Shown here: one piece after another, positions 24,529-36,700 of the stretch
How positions within the stretch are numbered: the first letter of the stretch is position 1
Layout: the number at the start of each line of letters is the position of its first letter
Assembly (NCBI RefSeq): GCF_036971445.1
Contig: NC_091477.1
Location: forward strand, 10,850,001 to 10,914,000
Direction of reading: 5' to 3'
From: Narcine bancroftii
Lineage: Eukaryota
Length of the DNA stretch: 64,000 bases
Made by a program: the position numbers and the translations under genes
Notes under the pieces: model-generated
What the model saw: the letters and a program-made list of their open reading frames with translations, nothing else
Database searches by the model: none
Told to the model about the DNA's origin: nothing

Positions 24529-24992
24529 CATCGAGTCCACGCTGCTGAAGATCTAGCTGCGCTGGGTGGGTCACGTCTCCAGAATGGAGGACCATCGCCT
24601 TCCCAAGATCATGTTCTATGGTGAGCTCTCCACTGGCCACCGTGTCAGAGGTGCACCAAAGAAAAGGTACAAGGACTGCCTAAAGAAATCTCTTGGTGCC
24701 TGCCACATTGACCACCGCCAGTGGGCTGATATCGCCTCAAACCGTGCATCTTGGCGCCTCACAGTTTGGCGGGCAGCAATCTCCTTTGAAGAAGACCGCA
24801 GAGCCCACCTCACTGACAAAAGGCAAAGGAGGAAAAACCCAACACCCAACCCCAACCCACCAATTTTCCCCTGCAGCCGCTGCAACCGTGTCTGCCTGTC
24901 CCGCATCGGACTTGTCAGCCACAAACGAGCCTGCAGCTGACGTGGACTTTTACCCCCTCCATAAATCTTCGTCCGCGAAGCCAAGCCAAAGA
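24529..24992 (+). mobile_element. RTE LINE 3' fragment inserted in a CR1 relic
   Basis: ORF ending FPCSRCNRVCLSRIGLVSHKRACS*, a ccaaagaag tail, and a 7-bp TSD agatgag (24522-24528 / 24993-24999). Confidence 0.9.
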
Positions 24993-25010
24993 AGATGAGA
25001 CATAACTGTA

Positions 25011-25290
25011 GGCAGCACAGTTGGCGTAGCAGCTAGCGCAACGCATTTGCAGCGCCAACAATCAAGACAGGGGTTCAAATCTGGCGCTGTCTGTAAGGAA
25101 TTTATACATTCTCCCCATGTCTGCATGGGTTTTCTCCAGGGGCTCCGGTTTCTTCCCACCATTAGAAACATACCAGGTTGTAGGATAATGGGGTGTAAAT
25201 AGGGCAGCATGGACTCATGGGCTGAAATGTCCTATTACTTGCTCGATGTCTAAAATTAAATTTTAAAATATGAAATTAAATTTAAAATTA
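25011..25290 (+). mobile_element. HE1/V-SINE (tRNA-derived elasmobranch SINE)
   Basis: tRNA-like head with B-box ggttcaaatc and the V-domain ttctccccatgtctgcatgggttttctccaggggctccggtttc. Confidence 0.75.
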
Positions 25291-25600
25291 TAAACTCAAG
25301 AACATGAGTCATTGGTGAAAGGAGAAAATAGGGGAAACCATCACTCAAGGAGTGGCATGAGTGTTGAACGAGCTGCCAACTGACGTGATGGATGCAGGTT
25401 TGATTTTGACATTTAAGAAAAATTTGGATGTGTACATGAATGGGAGGGGAATGGAGTACCATGATCTGGATACAACTCAATGCAACTTGGCAGAATAATA
25501 GTTCACCAGACTAGATGGGCCAAAGGGCCTGCAATGTTCTATGGTTCTAAATTACACTGAGAAATCTGGAATAATTGACTTCCATCTTTCAATCCAAGTA

Positions 25601-26443
25601 TGAAAAGTATCTTGCTTCGACTCCACTGGCTGAAAAGTATCTTGCTTCGACTCCACTGGCTGAAAAGTATCTTGCTTCGACTCCACTGGCTGAAAAGTAT
25701 CTTGCTTCGACTCCACTGGCTGAAAAGTATCTTGCTTCGACTCCACTGGCTGAAAAGTATCTTGCTTCGACTCCACTGGCTGAAAAGTATCTTGCTTCGA
25801 CTCCACTGGCTGAAAAGTATCTTGCTTCGACTCCACTGGCTGAAAAGTATCTTGCTTCGACTCCACTGGCTGAAAAGTATCTTGCTTCGACTCCACTGGC
25901 TGAAAAGTATCTTGCTTCGACTCCACTGGCTGAAAAGTATCTTGCTTCGACTCCACTGGCTGAAAAGTATCTTGCTTCGACTCCACTGGCTGAAAAGTAT
26001 CTTGCTTCGACTCCACTGGCTGAAAAGTATCTTGCTTCGACTCCACTGGCTGAAAAGTATCTTGCTTCGACTCCACTGGCTGAAAAGTATCTTGCTTCGA
26101 CTCCACTGGCTGAAAAGTATCTTGCTTCGACTCCACTGGCTGAAAAGTATCTTGCTTCGACTCCACTGGCTGAAAAGTATCTTGCTTCGACTCCACTGGC
26201 TGAAAAGTATCTTGCTTCGACTCCACTGGCTGAAAAGTATCTTGCTTCGACTCCACTGGCTGAAAAGTATCTTGCTTCGACTCCACTGGCTGAAAAGTAT
26301 CTTGCTTCGACTCCACTGGCTGAAAAGTATCTTGCTTCGACTCCACTGGCTGAAAAGTATCTTGCTTCGACTCCACTGGCTGAAAAGTATCTTGCTTCGA
26401 CTCCATTGGCTGAAAAGTATCTTGCTTCGACTCCATTGGCTGA
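25601..26443. repeat. Minisatellite, 28 x 30 bp (TGAAAAGTATCTTGCTTCGACTCCACTGGC)
   Basis: 26 identical units, then 2 units with a single C>T change (CTCCATTGGC), then TGA. Confidence 0.97.
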
Positions 26444-28329
26444 GCTTCAAACCATCATGTGCAACACTCAGTTTGATCCAGGCCTGGTCTAATCAACTTA
26501 AAAATCATATATATCCAACTACAAACAAACAATAAAGTTGATAATACATTCAAAACAATATATGAGCCTGAAACACACCAAGCTCCTTCAGGCCAATTCC
26601 TCTCCTCAAAGAGGAAGGAAGTCACTGGAAAGGCCGGCAAAAATCGCATGGCGTAGAAAGTTGGACTGCAATTGAAATGATAGTAACAAAGAACTAACCA
26701 GATTCATGTACGTGGCTCTGAAAGGTTTTCAGGTGACCACTGGATTATGGGCACATTTTGAAGCTCATCCTTCAAGGCAACTTCTGTTCTTCATTTCATA
26801 AATAAAAAGTGAATATCACTTCATCACTTTCAGAAAATTTTACTGAGCAAGGTTCATTTCCAATTCATAACCCCTCCCTCTGTCATATAATCAAGATTCA
26901 CATGCTGGCAATCTTTTTGTTATATATTTACATTGTATAAAATACTAGAAAATTATCCACACCTCAAACTGTGTAGTACAAACCTACAATCAGCTCCTGA
27001 TATTTCTTTCTACAACTATATCAACTCAAATGTGAAATCATAGAGATTAGACAGCATCTTCTGAACCCATGACGCTTTCCATGTACAGGGGACAAAGATG
27101 AGAAAAGCATGGGAACACCATTACCTGGAAGTTGCCCTCCAAGAAGCATACCATTCCTTTATTATCATCCACTCCCCAACAGCCTTGTTGGTCAACACCC
27201 AACTCAAGAGGGCTGCTCATCATCGCCTTCTCAAGGACAATTTGGGAACAATAATTGAGATTGGTTCAATCTGCGATGCCCGCCTCCCTTGAATAAATTT
27301 TGAGAATTTTTAAAATATTTGTATTGTTATTCGATAGAAAAAAATGAATACAATTATATGTGCTGCAGAACTAGTAAAAAGTTACAAAAATAATCATATA
27401 TTGAAATTCAGAAGTTCAAATAACCCAAACAATGATACAATAGAACTTAACAAAAAATTTAAAAAAAAAACAAAAAAGAAATTCTTAACCCTTTCCCCAA
27501 AACAAGGTTGAAGATTGGCATTTAAAAAATTTCAAGTGGCATAATCTTGGACAGAGACAGCACCAAGCCAAAATTCCAAATCAACACTAACTCAAGGTTA
27601 TGATAGTAGTCCATAGAAGAGACGCATGTCATTTGGAATTTGATATTTGAATCAATAACAGCATATCTAGATAAATTAAATTTATATACATGTATTAATT
27701 TCTATTGGAAGATCTTTCACAATGTCAACAGAAGTAATTTTCTGGCATATATTGTCCATTCTTATTAACTGTACAGAGAGATCAGAAACCTATATTAAAA
27801 GAGATTGACAAGAGAACTAGAGGTAGTATGTTTTTTTTTCATGAAACGTTTAATTGCAGTAATCTGAATTGTGCTACGATTCAAACAGGATAAATATTTA
27901 AACTGTAGGGAAAGCCTACAAGGTTATCAAGTAAAGAATGGAATGGAATCAAATTGATAGATCAATCAAAGAGGACACATTGTGGACAGAACTGCCACCT
28001 TTTGCATTCCGACAATCCAAGAAACCATAAAATACAAATATAATTGAAGTTAATGCAAATATCCTTTCAAACCCATTTTAGTTGATGGTATTTTTGACAT
28101 ATCAACCATTTATTTCCCAAAGGTAGTGAAGGTCATTTCAAATAGATATAACCAAGTGACTTCTGGACTTTTCAGAAGCAATTCATTTTCATTTACCAGT
28201 ACTTTGATGCAGTATGAAAATCACCCAAATATTCAGACTTCATAAACAACAGCAGGTTTTTGTCCTCCAAAGTACAACAGCAAACAAGTTAGGTTTTTAT
28301 AACAGTTCAGCTTCTCAGACATATTTTCT

Positions 28330-30820
28330 ATAAATGCCATCCTTTCATTTCCACATGTTACTTTGCATATGGGTGTGGGAAATATATTGGCAGTGAGGGG
28401 AAATGGACAAAAGAAAACAAATATGTTATTTTCAGAATGGTGATGAGTAATGGGGTGTCACAAGGTTCAATGTTGCAATCTGATCGATTTGAAAGTGGCC
28501 ATGAAGTAAAAAGGGTGGCAAAAAATGCATATAGTATGCATGGCTTCACTGGTCAAGACAAGGAGTGTAAAATTTAAGGAAATCGTATCGCAGCTGTACA
28601 AAACTTTGGTTGGACCATACCTGGAATACCATGCGTAATTCTGGTCATGTCATTACACAAAGGATACTTTGGAAGAGAAAAAGAATAACTTTTTTTTGAT
28701 ATTTGCAGCACGGTAGAAGCCGATTCTGGCCATTTAAATCCATGCTGACCAATTACACCCAATAGTTAGTTTCCTTTGGGAGGAAACTGGAGCACCCAGA
28801 GGAAACCCACACAGACATGGGGAGAACATACAAATTCCTTACAGACAGCATCTAACCACTACACTAACCATGCTGCCAACTGTTTATCAGGACACTGTCT
28901 GGTTTAGAGGATACAAGTATGGGGAGAGATTAAACAAACGGGCTGTTTTCACTGGAGCTCAGGAGACCTGATAAAATGATGAGAGGCAATGACAATTCAA
29001 ATCTGAAAGAGAATCACATACTAAATGATATGCATTATGAGAGGGAGAAGTATCAGGCAGCATAGGAGTAGAACCAGATACAACAGTAGCATTTAAGAGG
29101 CTTCTAGATAAAAGCATGAACATGAAAGAGATAGAGGGATCTCTATCAAATGCAAGCAGCAGAGCTTTAGTTTGATTTGGGCATGCACAGGACAGACACA
29201 TTAGTCAAAGAGTCTCTTCCTGTGCTATATTTACTATGTTCTACTTGCAATCTACAATTTGGATGAAGGGGTCAAGTGTTCCATCAGGAAAAAAAATTGC
29301 TGAAGATAGGAAGACTGGTAGGTTAGTTAGCAAGTTGCAAGGAGGACAAATGCCTGCAAAAGGGCTATGGAGGAGTTAATCGCACAGGCAAGAATTTAGC
29401 AGAAAGCAAATAATATGAGAAAAATACAAGATTAACCATGTTGAAGGAGGAATGAAAAAGTAAACATTTAAATGGAACGAGGTTACAAAAAAATGTGCTG
29501 CAAAGAAATTTGGGAATCCTATTGAATGAAAGTTCGAGTCAACATTACAGACAGCGGCTGATACGGAACAGAATTTTGTTTTTTTGTGGCAAGAAATGTG
29601 AATATAAAAAGAAAAGCTTCGATGGAACTTCACACGAGAGACCAAACCTGGAGTACAATCTCTGACGTTGATCTCCATATGCAATGATTATGCATTGGAA
29701 GCAATGGATTGAAGGTTCACTTGGTTAATTTCTTGGCTGAAAGCATTGACATAGGGAAAAAAGTAAACAAGTTCAAACCTAAACAATTTAGAATTTAAGA
29801 GAATGAGAGATCATCTTATTTGAATGTACTAATTCTTTTTCAATTAATTTTCTGTTTCAAATTGTGTGGATGTCTAGAACTAGAGGGCATTCATGCCGAA
29901 CAAGGGTTTGCACAATCAAGACTCAGATGAGCAAGACTTTCCACTCATAGGGTCACCTTGGAAAATCGATGCTGGATTTGGCGACATCATCATGAAATAC
30001 ATTCAAGGCACAGACTAACAGATATTTGAACCATGAGAGAGTCAAAGAGCATGGGAAGAGAGCAAGATGTCGCTGAGGCCAAGATTGGTTTAACTATTAT
30101 CCAGGTGAATAGCAGAGAAACCTTAAAGTGCTAACTCGCCTACTCCAATTTCTGATCTTCTTAAATACATAGATCATAGCACAGAATAGGCCCTTCAGCC
30201 CACAATGTTGTGCCAGCACAATAATATACTCTACCAATTGACTACAATTTTGCTACTGTATAACTCTCCATTTTTCTGTGTTCCATATACCTATCTAATA
30301 GCCTCTTAAAATATTCCAATGAATCTTCCTCCACCACCATAGCCAGCAGCGCATTCCATGCACCCACCACTGTGTGACGAACTTGCCTCTTACATCCCAA
30401 TACCTACTCCCAAAACCATGCATCCTGGTGTTAGCCATTTCTGCCCTGGGAAAATGCTTCTGGGCATCTACACAACCAATACTTCTCATAATCTTGTACA
30501 ACTCTATCAGGTCATCCCTCATCCTCAGTCACTCCAAAGAGAAAAGACCAAGTTCACTCAGCCTTTCCTCAAGGCATGATCTCTAATCCAGGGAACATCT
30601 TTGTAAATCTTTTCTGCACTCTCTCTCCAGCAGCCAGATGTTTTATGTCAATGAGCTGACCAGAACACAACATTCTAAGACCTTGCATCGTTGTACCTTC
30701 AAATTTGACTACCAAAATGAATCACCTCACACTTCTCTGGAATTAAACTCCATCTGCCACATCTCAGCCAAGCTCTGCATTCTATGAATGTCCCTTTGTA
30801 ACCTCTGGCAACCCTCCAGA
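28330..30820. mobile_element. Cluster of degenerate CR1 LINE fragments with an embedded V-SINE piece
   Basis: CR1-typical text (ctgtacaaaactttggttggaccatacctggaatac; MRDDLIELYKIMRSI). About 28330-30160 is on + and 30160-30820 on -. Confidence 0.7.
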
Positions 30821-30869
30821 GCCAAGGTGGTGTCCTCAATGATAATATCTTCTTCTCCCCCCCCCCCAT

Positions 30870-33745
30870 ACATTCATTTATTTCTTACTATATTCTAATC
30901 ATGTATACCAATATAGAATTATCTGGGTTTTTTTGTTGTTGATTTAACATTCCACTTAAAGTCCTTCATTGTCGCCTCTTTTATTGAATTCAGTCCCATT
31001 CCATTCCACGAAGGGGGACTGTTCTCTTCAAAGAAAGATGATAGAAATCTTGCTTGTGCTGATAGATAATACTTCTTAAATTCCAAAAGTCTAAGTCCTC
31101 CCAATTTATAGCCCCATGTTAACTTTTCTAGTGCAATTCTTGGCATTTATTATTTCACAGGAATGGTCTTATACAATAATGTAATAATTTTTTTAATGTT
31201 TTTAGTTCGTACAATAGGCAATGAATGAAATATACTGTAGCCCTGGCATTATTTTCATTCTTTTAGACAATTTATCTTCTTATTAATGTAATCAACAGAT
31301 ATTCAATTTCTGTAAATCTTTTTCTATTTTTTCTAAGCTGATAGAAATAATGACATAATAATTTACAGAATCTGTAAGTATTTAATTCCTTCTTTCTTCC
31401 ACTTAAATCTATTACCTTTTTAGCATCTTTCATTATCGAAATTCTGCAATGGCATCATTTCACTTTTATCCATATTTATTTTATATACTGATATTCTTTC
31501 ATTTCTCTAATATTGTTTGTAATCTTATCAGTGATCCAGCCGAGTCTGACATATATAATAGCACATCATCAGCAAATAAACTGATTTTATGTCCTTCCTG
31601 CCCAACTTTGAAGCCCTTAATATCCGGATCTCTCCTTATAATCTCTGTCAGAGGTTCAATAACTAGAATGAATAATGCTGGTGATAGGGGACACCTGTCT
31701 ACTCAAGTGAAAAATAAATGACATTTGGTTATTAGTTATAATTTTAGCTTGTGTCTTATGATAAAGAGTTTTATCCAATTTATAAATTTTCTACCTACAC
31801 CAAATTTTTCCATTCTCGTCAGTCAAATGCCTTTTCTTCATGTTTGGACCCAACCTTGATTTTTGGCAGATGCATTATATTGACTAATCTTCCGAGACAA
31901 TTTGAAGAGTGCCTTCCTTTAACAAATCCACCCCAATCTGGATGTTTTAATTTTGGTAAATACTCATCCAGTCTATTGGCTAGTGCCTTTGCTAGAATTT
32001 TATAGTCTGCATTCAGAAATTATATTGGTCTGTATGATGATGTTTTTAATGGGTTGCACTAATTATAGTTGAAAAGGTTTCCAGGAGGGCTTCAGACTCC
32101 ACTGCCTGGTCTAATATAACCATCAAAAGAGGCATCAACAATTTGTCTATAGAACTCAGGAGGGAACCCATCTTCCCATGGGGACTTATTAGTTTGCAAA
32201 GTACCCAAACCTTTCTCTATTTCTTCCCTTGTAAAAGGGACATCAAAGTCAAGATTTTAATTCTCTCTCCTAGTTCAGGAAATTCAACATTGGTTAAAAA
32301 TTCTTCCATCTTGTTTTGTATAATTTCATATAGTATTGTCTAAATATTATATCTTTGTTTATCATATGTTATAGTACCAGCTTCTGTTTCTATTGCATTT
32401 AGCTTTAAGTTGCCAAAATAACACTATGAGCCTGTTCTCCTAGTACATAATACTTTTGCTTAGTTTTTAATACCATTCTATACATTTGTTGTGTATTATA
32501 TTGTAAATTTTTGTTCTCTAACATTCTATATTTTTCTTGTGTTCCTGATATCTGATATTTCCAATTTTGTTATATGCTTCTCTAGACTTTCTAAATTTCT
32601 CACATATACTTTCAAGATTTTTAGTATGAGATCATTTATCCCCTCAAATAAGCTTTAAGCATATCCCATATTAGAAAACTTGTCAGTGGAAAGAAGATTG
32701 TTTGACAAAATATTTCTGTCCCTTTAATAATATAGCATTATGGCTCCATCTATCCATGTTTTTCCATTACCGTAATAGTTAACACTAACGGTGAGTGATC
32801 TGATAAAAGTTTTGCCAAATACTCAGTTTTTACCACTCTACCTTGTAACTGGGAGACGTTAAAAATAGGTCAATCCTTGCATGTAAATCACATACCCCTG
32901 AGTCGAATGAATGGTCTCTTTCTAAGGGATTGAGCCTTCTCCATATATCAACTAAATTTAAATCCTTCATAAATGATAATGTCATTTTTGCTGCTTTGAC
33001 CCTTGTTATTATTCTTGCTGATTTGTCCAGTATTGGATCTAAACAAAAACTGAAATCTCCTCCAATCAATACTCGTCTTCATTGTGAATTATAAAAAGAT
33101 ATCATTCGTAAAGACTTCATTATAATTTGGTGTGTAAATGTTCATAAACGTCCATGATTCTGCACAAGTTTTGCAGTGTTCCACTACAAATATTCCAGCT
33201 TGATCAGTTAATGTCTCTTCCATTATTATTGGTATATTTTTATTTATTTAAATTGGTACACCTCTTGCTTTTGATACAAATGAATATGATATTACTTGAC
33301 CCACCAATTCTTTTTAATTTTGCATGTTCCAATTTGGTAAAATGTGTTTCTTGTAAAAAGATTATATCTGCCTTTAAATTTATTTAGGAATGCGAAGGCC
33401 AGTTTTCTCTTCACCGTCCTGTTAATTCAATTAACGTTAAGACTAATAAATGTTAATGTTCTATCCATATTCTTCTTCTTTAAAACAATATTTTTTTAGA
33501 AAAGAGTAAAATATCTGACTCTAAATAAAGTGATCCTCTACCTTTAAGAAAAACAAAGCATCCCTGCCCTGACGTTGATGGTGACATATACATAGAGCCC
33601 CAAAAGCCAATGAAAAAAGCCCACAGAATCTCAAGGAAGAAGAACCCCTCCATTTCGCACTTTTTTTTGCTATTCCTTTCCAGGTGCCATTCTCCCCGAA
33701 ACCAGAATCTCCTCCCTGCTATCACTTTTTCCAGTTTTTTTTTCC
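30870..33745 (-). mobile_element. Decayed L1/Tx1 'A' (ORF2 APE-RT part; its ORF1 C-terminus resumes at ~39360-39660)
   Basis: Encodes IGGDFSFCLDPILDKS, YRPI..LNADYKILAKALA, ISLFADDVL and PRIALEKLTWGYKLGGL. Confidence 0.85.
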
Positions 33746-33760
33746 CTTTTACTGAACTCT

Positions 33761-36700
33761 TTTTTTTTTAAACAAAAAATAACTATATACACACACACAC
33801 ACACTCAACAAAAACCCCTCCCCACCCTCCCACCTCTTCAGCCAGCTCCCTTAAGGGGACCCAAATATTAAAACAGAAGAGAATATATACAATATTTCAA
33901 AGTACTTCCAAATTCATATATTCCAAATAAGACCACATTTTAACAAAAAGGGAATAATTATCATGCAAGTTACATGTAATTTTTTCCATAGTGATACAAG
34001 CTCTCAATTCATTATGCCAACGTGCAATATTAATCTCTACATTATCTTTCTAAGTACTAGCTACACATTTTCGTGCTACAGCCAACACTAAACATACAAA
34101 TGCAATCTGAAATTTATCCAACCCCAATCGCTTCAAAGAGACCATATAACCCCAAAAAAAAAATTGATGGGTCTCATGGTATAATTTTGAGTAATTTTTC
34201 CAGAACCAAACCAATGCCTTCCCATAATGGTTGTACTTTACTAAACCCATATTTTTTCCAGTTTCTCTGGAGTCAAATATAACTGATGTAAAAAATTATA
34301 GTTAACCATTCCATATCTAGTTACACTTTAATAACACATAACTTCCCAATTCTCTTGAGGGATAATATAAGTTAAATCACTTTCCCATTGAACCCTGATT
34401 TCTCCCATTCTGGTTTATCCATACCTTCTTGTAACAATTGAAACATATTCAAAATATAACCTTTCTTTGGTATAGAGGAAATCAAAGATTCAAATTTTGT
34501 CAACATAGGTAAATTCATCTCTTTACCATAATTATCTTTTATCAGAGCTCTGTTGATAATATACAAACAGAGAATTTACAGATATATCAAATTTCTCCCT
34601 CAAATGGTTAAAGGAAAGAAATTGACCTTTTTCAAAACAGTCCTGAACTATCGTTATACCCTGAGAATTCCATCTCTTTAAATGATTATTGAACATTGAA
34701 AAAGGAATAAGCTGGTTATGATATAACGGGGTTTAAATTAATAACTTACCCTTCGATCCTAAAACCATATTTCTTTTAAACCATATCTTTAGCAAATGTT
34801 TTAATACTGGCATATTACATTCCTGCAATAAGTTCATATTCCACTTAAATATAAATTGGTGTATCTCAACTTCAGAAATACAAGCCATTTCCACCTTCGC
34901 CCAACTCGGGGATTGGTCCATATCCATCAATCTACTAACAAATTTCAACTGAGCTGCTTCATAATAATTTTGAAAATTAGGTAACTGAAGTCCACCTAAT
35001 ACATATTTCCATGCAAGTTTGTGCAAAGCTACTTGTGCTAATTTTCCCTTCCATAAAAACTCCTGCACCGCTCTATTCAGATCCTGAAAAAACCCTTTGA
35101 AAGTAAACATGGTATTGACTGCAACAAATATTGGATTCGAGGAAAAATATTCATTTTAAAGCAACTTACTTAACCAATTAATGTTAACGGAAGATTTTTC
35201 CATTTAATCAAATCCATTTTAATAAAGGAACATAATTTATATAAAGATTGATAATCTGCATTTATTATAACTCCTAAATATTTAATTCTATCTGACAATT
35301 TTAATTCTATAATATTTTTATATTCTGAATAATCTCCTTCCCCAAATGGCAATATTTCACTCTTATCCCAGTTTATTTTATATCCAGATAACTCTCCAAA
35401 TTTCAACAATCTTGCAAATATTTCTGTCAAACACATCGTCTGCAAATAAATTAATCTTGTATTCATCATCCACAATTCTCATCCTTTTAATCTTATCATT
35501 GTCGTATTGTCTGAGCTAACGGTTCTTTAGCCAATGCAAACAAGGCTGATGATAATGGACATGCCAGGTCAATCGCGTCAATTTAAATGGTAAAGTTTGA
35601 CCATTTGTCACCACCCTAGCAATAAAATAAGGGCCAAAATTAAACTTCTCTAACACCTTAAATAAAAAATTCCACTCAACCCTATCAAAAGCTTTTTCCG
35701 CATCCAGTGCAACCACCATTGATTGGGTGGTTGGGTTGCTGTCTAGATGCATTGACCAATGTTATCAATCTAAGGATGTTATCAGACAAGTTTTTCTTAA
35801 TAAAGCCTGTCTGATCTATATGTATCAACTGAGGTAAATATTTTGCAAGTCTATTCAATAACACCTTCACTATAATTTTATAATCTACATTTAATAAAGA
35901 AATAGGTCTATATGAAGATACTTTCAAATTTTAATTTGGATAAATAAGATTCAATAGAACCAACATCCTGCTTTCCCTCAGAAGTATATAATTTTTGGTA
36001 AAATGAATAAAACAGATCATTAATTTCCTGAGGTTTATAGGTAACTATTGAATTCTTTTTAAGAGCATTAATAATTCACGATATCTATTCCATTTTTAAT
36101 TGCCATGCTAATACCTTATGAGCTCTCTCACCCAGTTCGTAATAACATTGTTTAGATCGGTACTGGTAAGTTTGTAATGTATTATAATGTAATTTCAACT
36201 TCATTAAAGCAGCTTTTTTTTATCTTCTGTAACATCTTTCTGAAATCCCTTTTCGAACTCAGTAATTTTCTTTTCCAATGTTAAAAAACACTACGTGGCG
36301 GAAAGTTTAACTTTCATAGTGTAACTAATAATTTGCCCACACAAATATGCTTTCAAAGCGTCCCACAGTACAAAATTACTACTTAATGAAGTAGCATTCT
36401 CAGTCAGGAATAAAACAGTCTGTTCCTTAACAAAAGTAATAACTCTGGTTTCTTCAGTAGCATTGTATTAAACCTCCATCTACAAGACAAATGCACCACT
36501 TCCGGACTTGCACAGGAGAAGAATATAAAATGATCCAATATAACCCGGCTTTTATATTCAGCCTGTAAATTGTAAATGTGCCGATACCAAAAAAAAATCT
36601 TTTCTAGAAAATGAATCATGTCTAAATGAATGAAAGGAAAAATCTTTCTCTGTAGGATTTACTCTCCTCCAAACATCAATTAAATTCAAATCTTTCATCA

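Noticed and set aside
25011-25090. tRNA gene (also at ~52994)
   Set aside because: The A/B-box-like head continues into a V-SINE body and gives no intact cloverleaf.
25539-26535. Four ~300-aa repetitive ORFs and a CRISPR-like appearance
   Set aside because: By-product of a 30-bp tandem unit lacking stops in most frames. There are no spacers or cas genes, and it is a eukaryotic intron.
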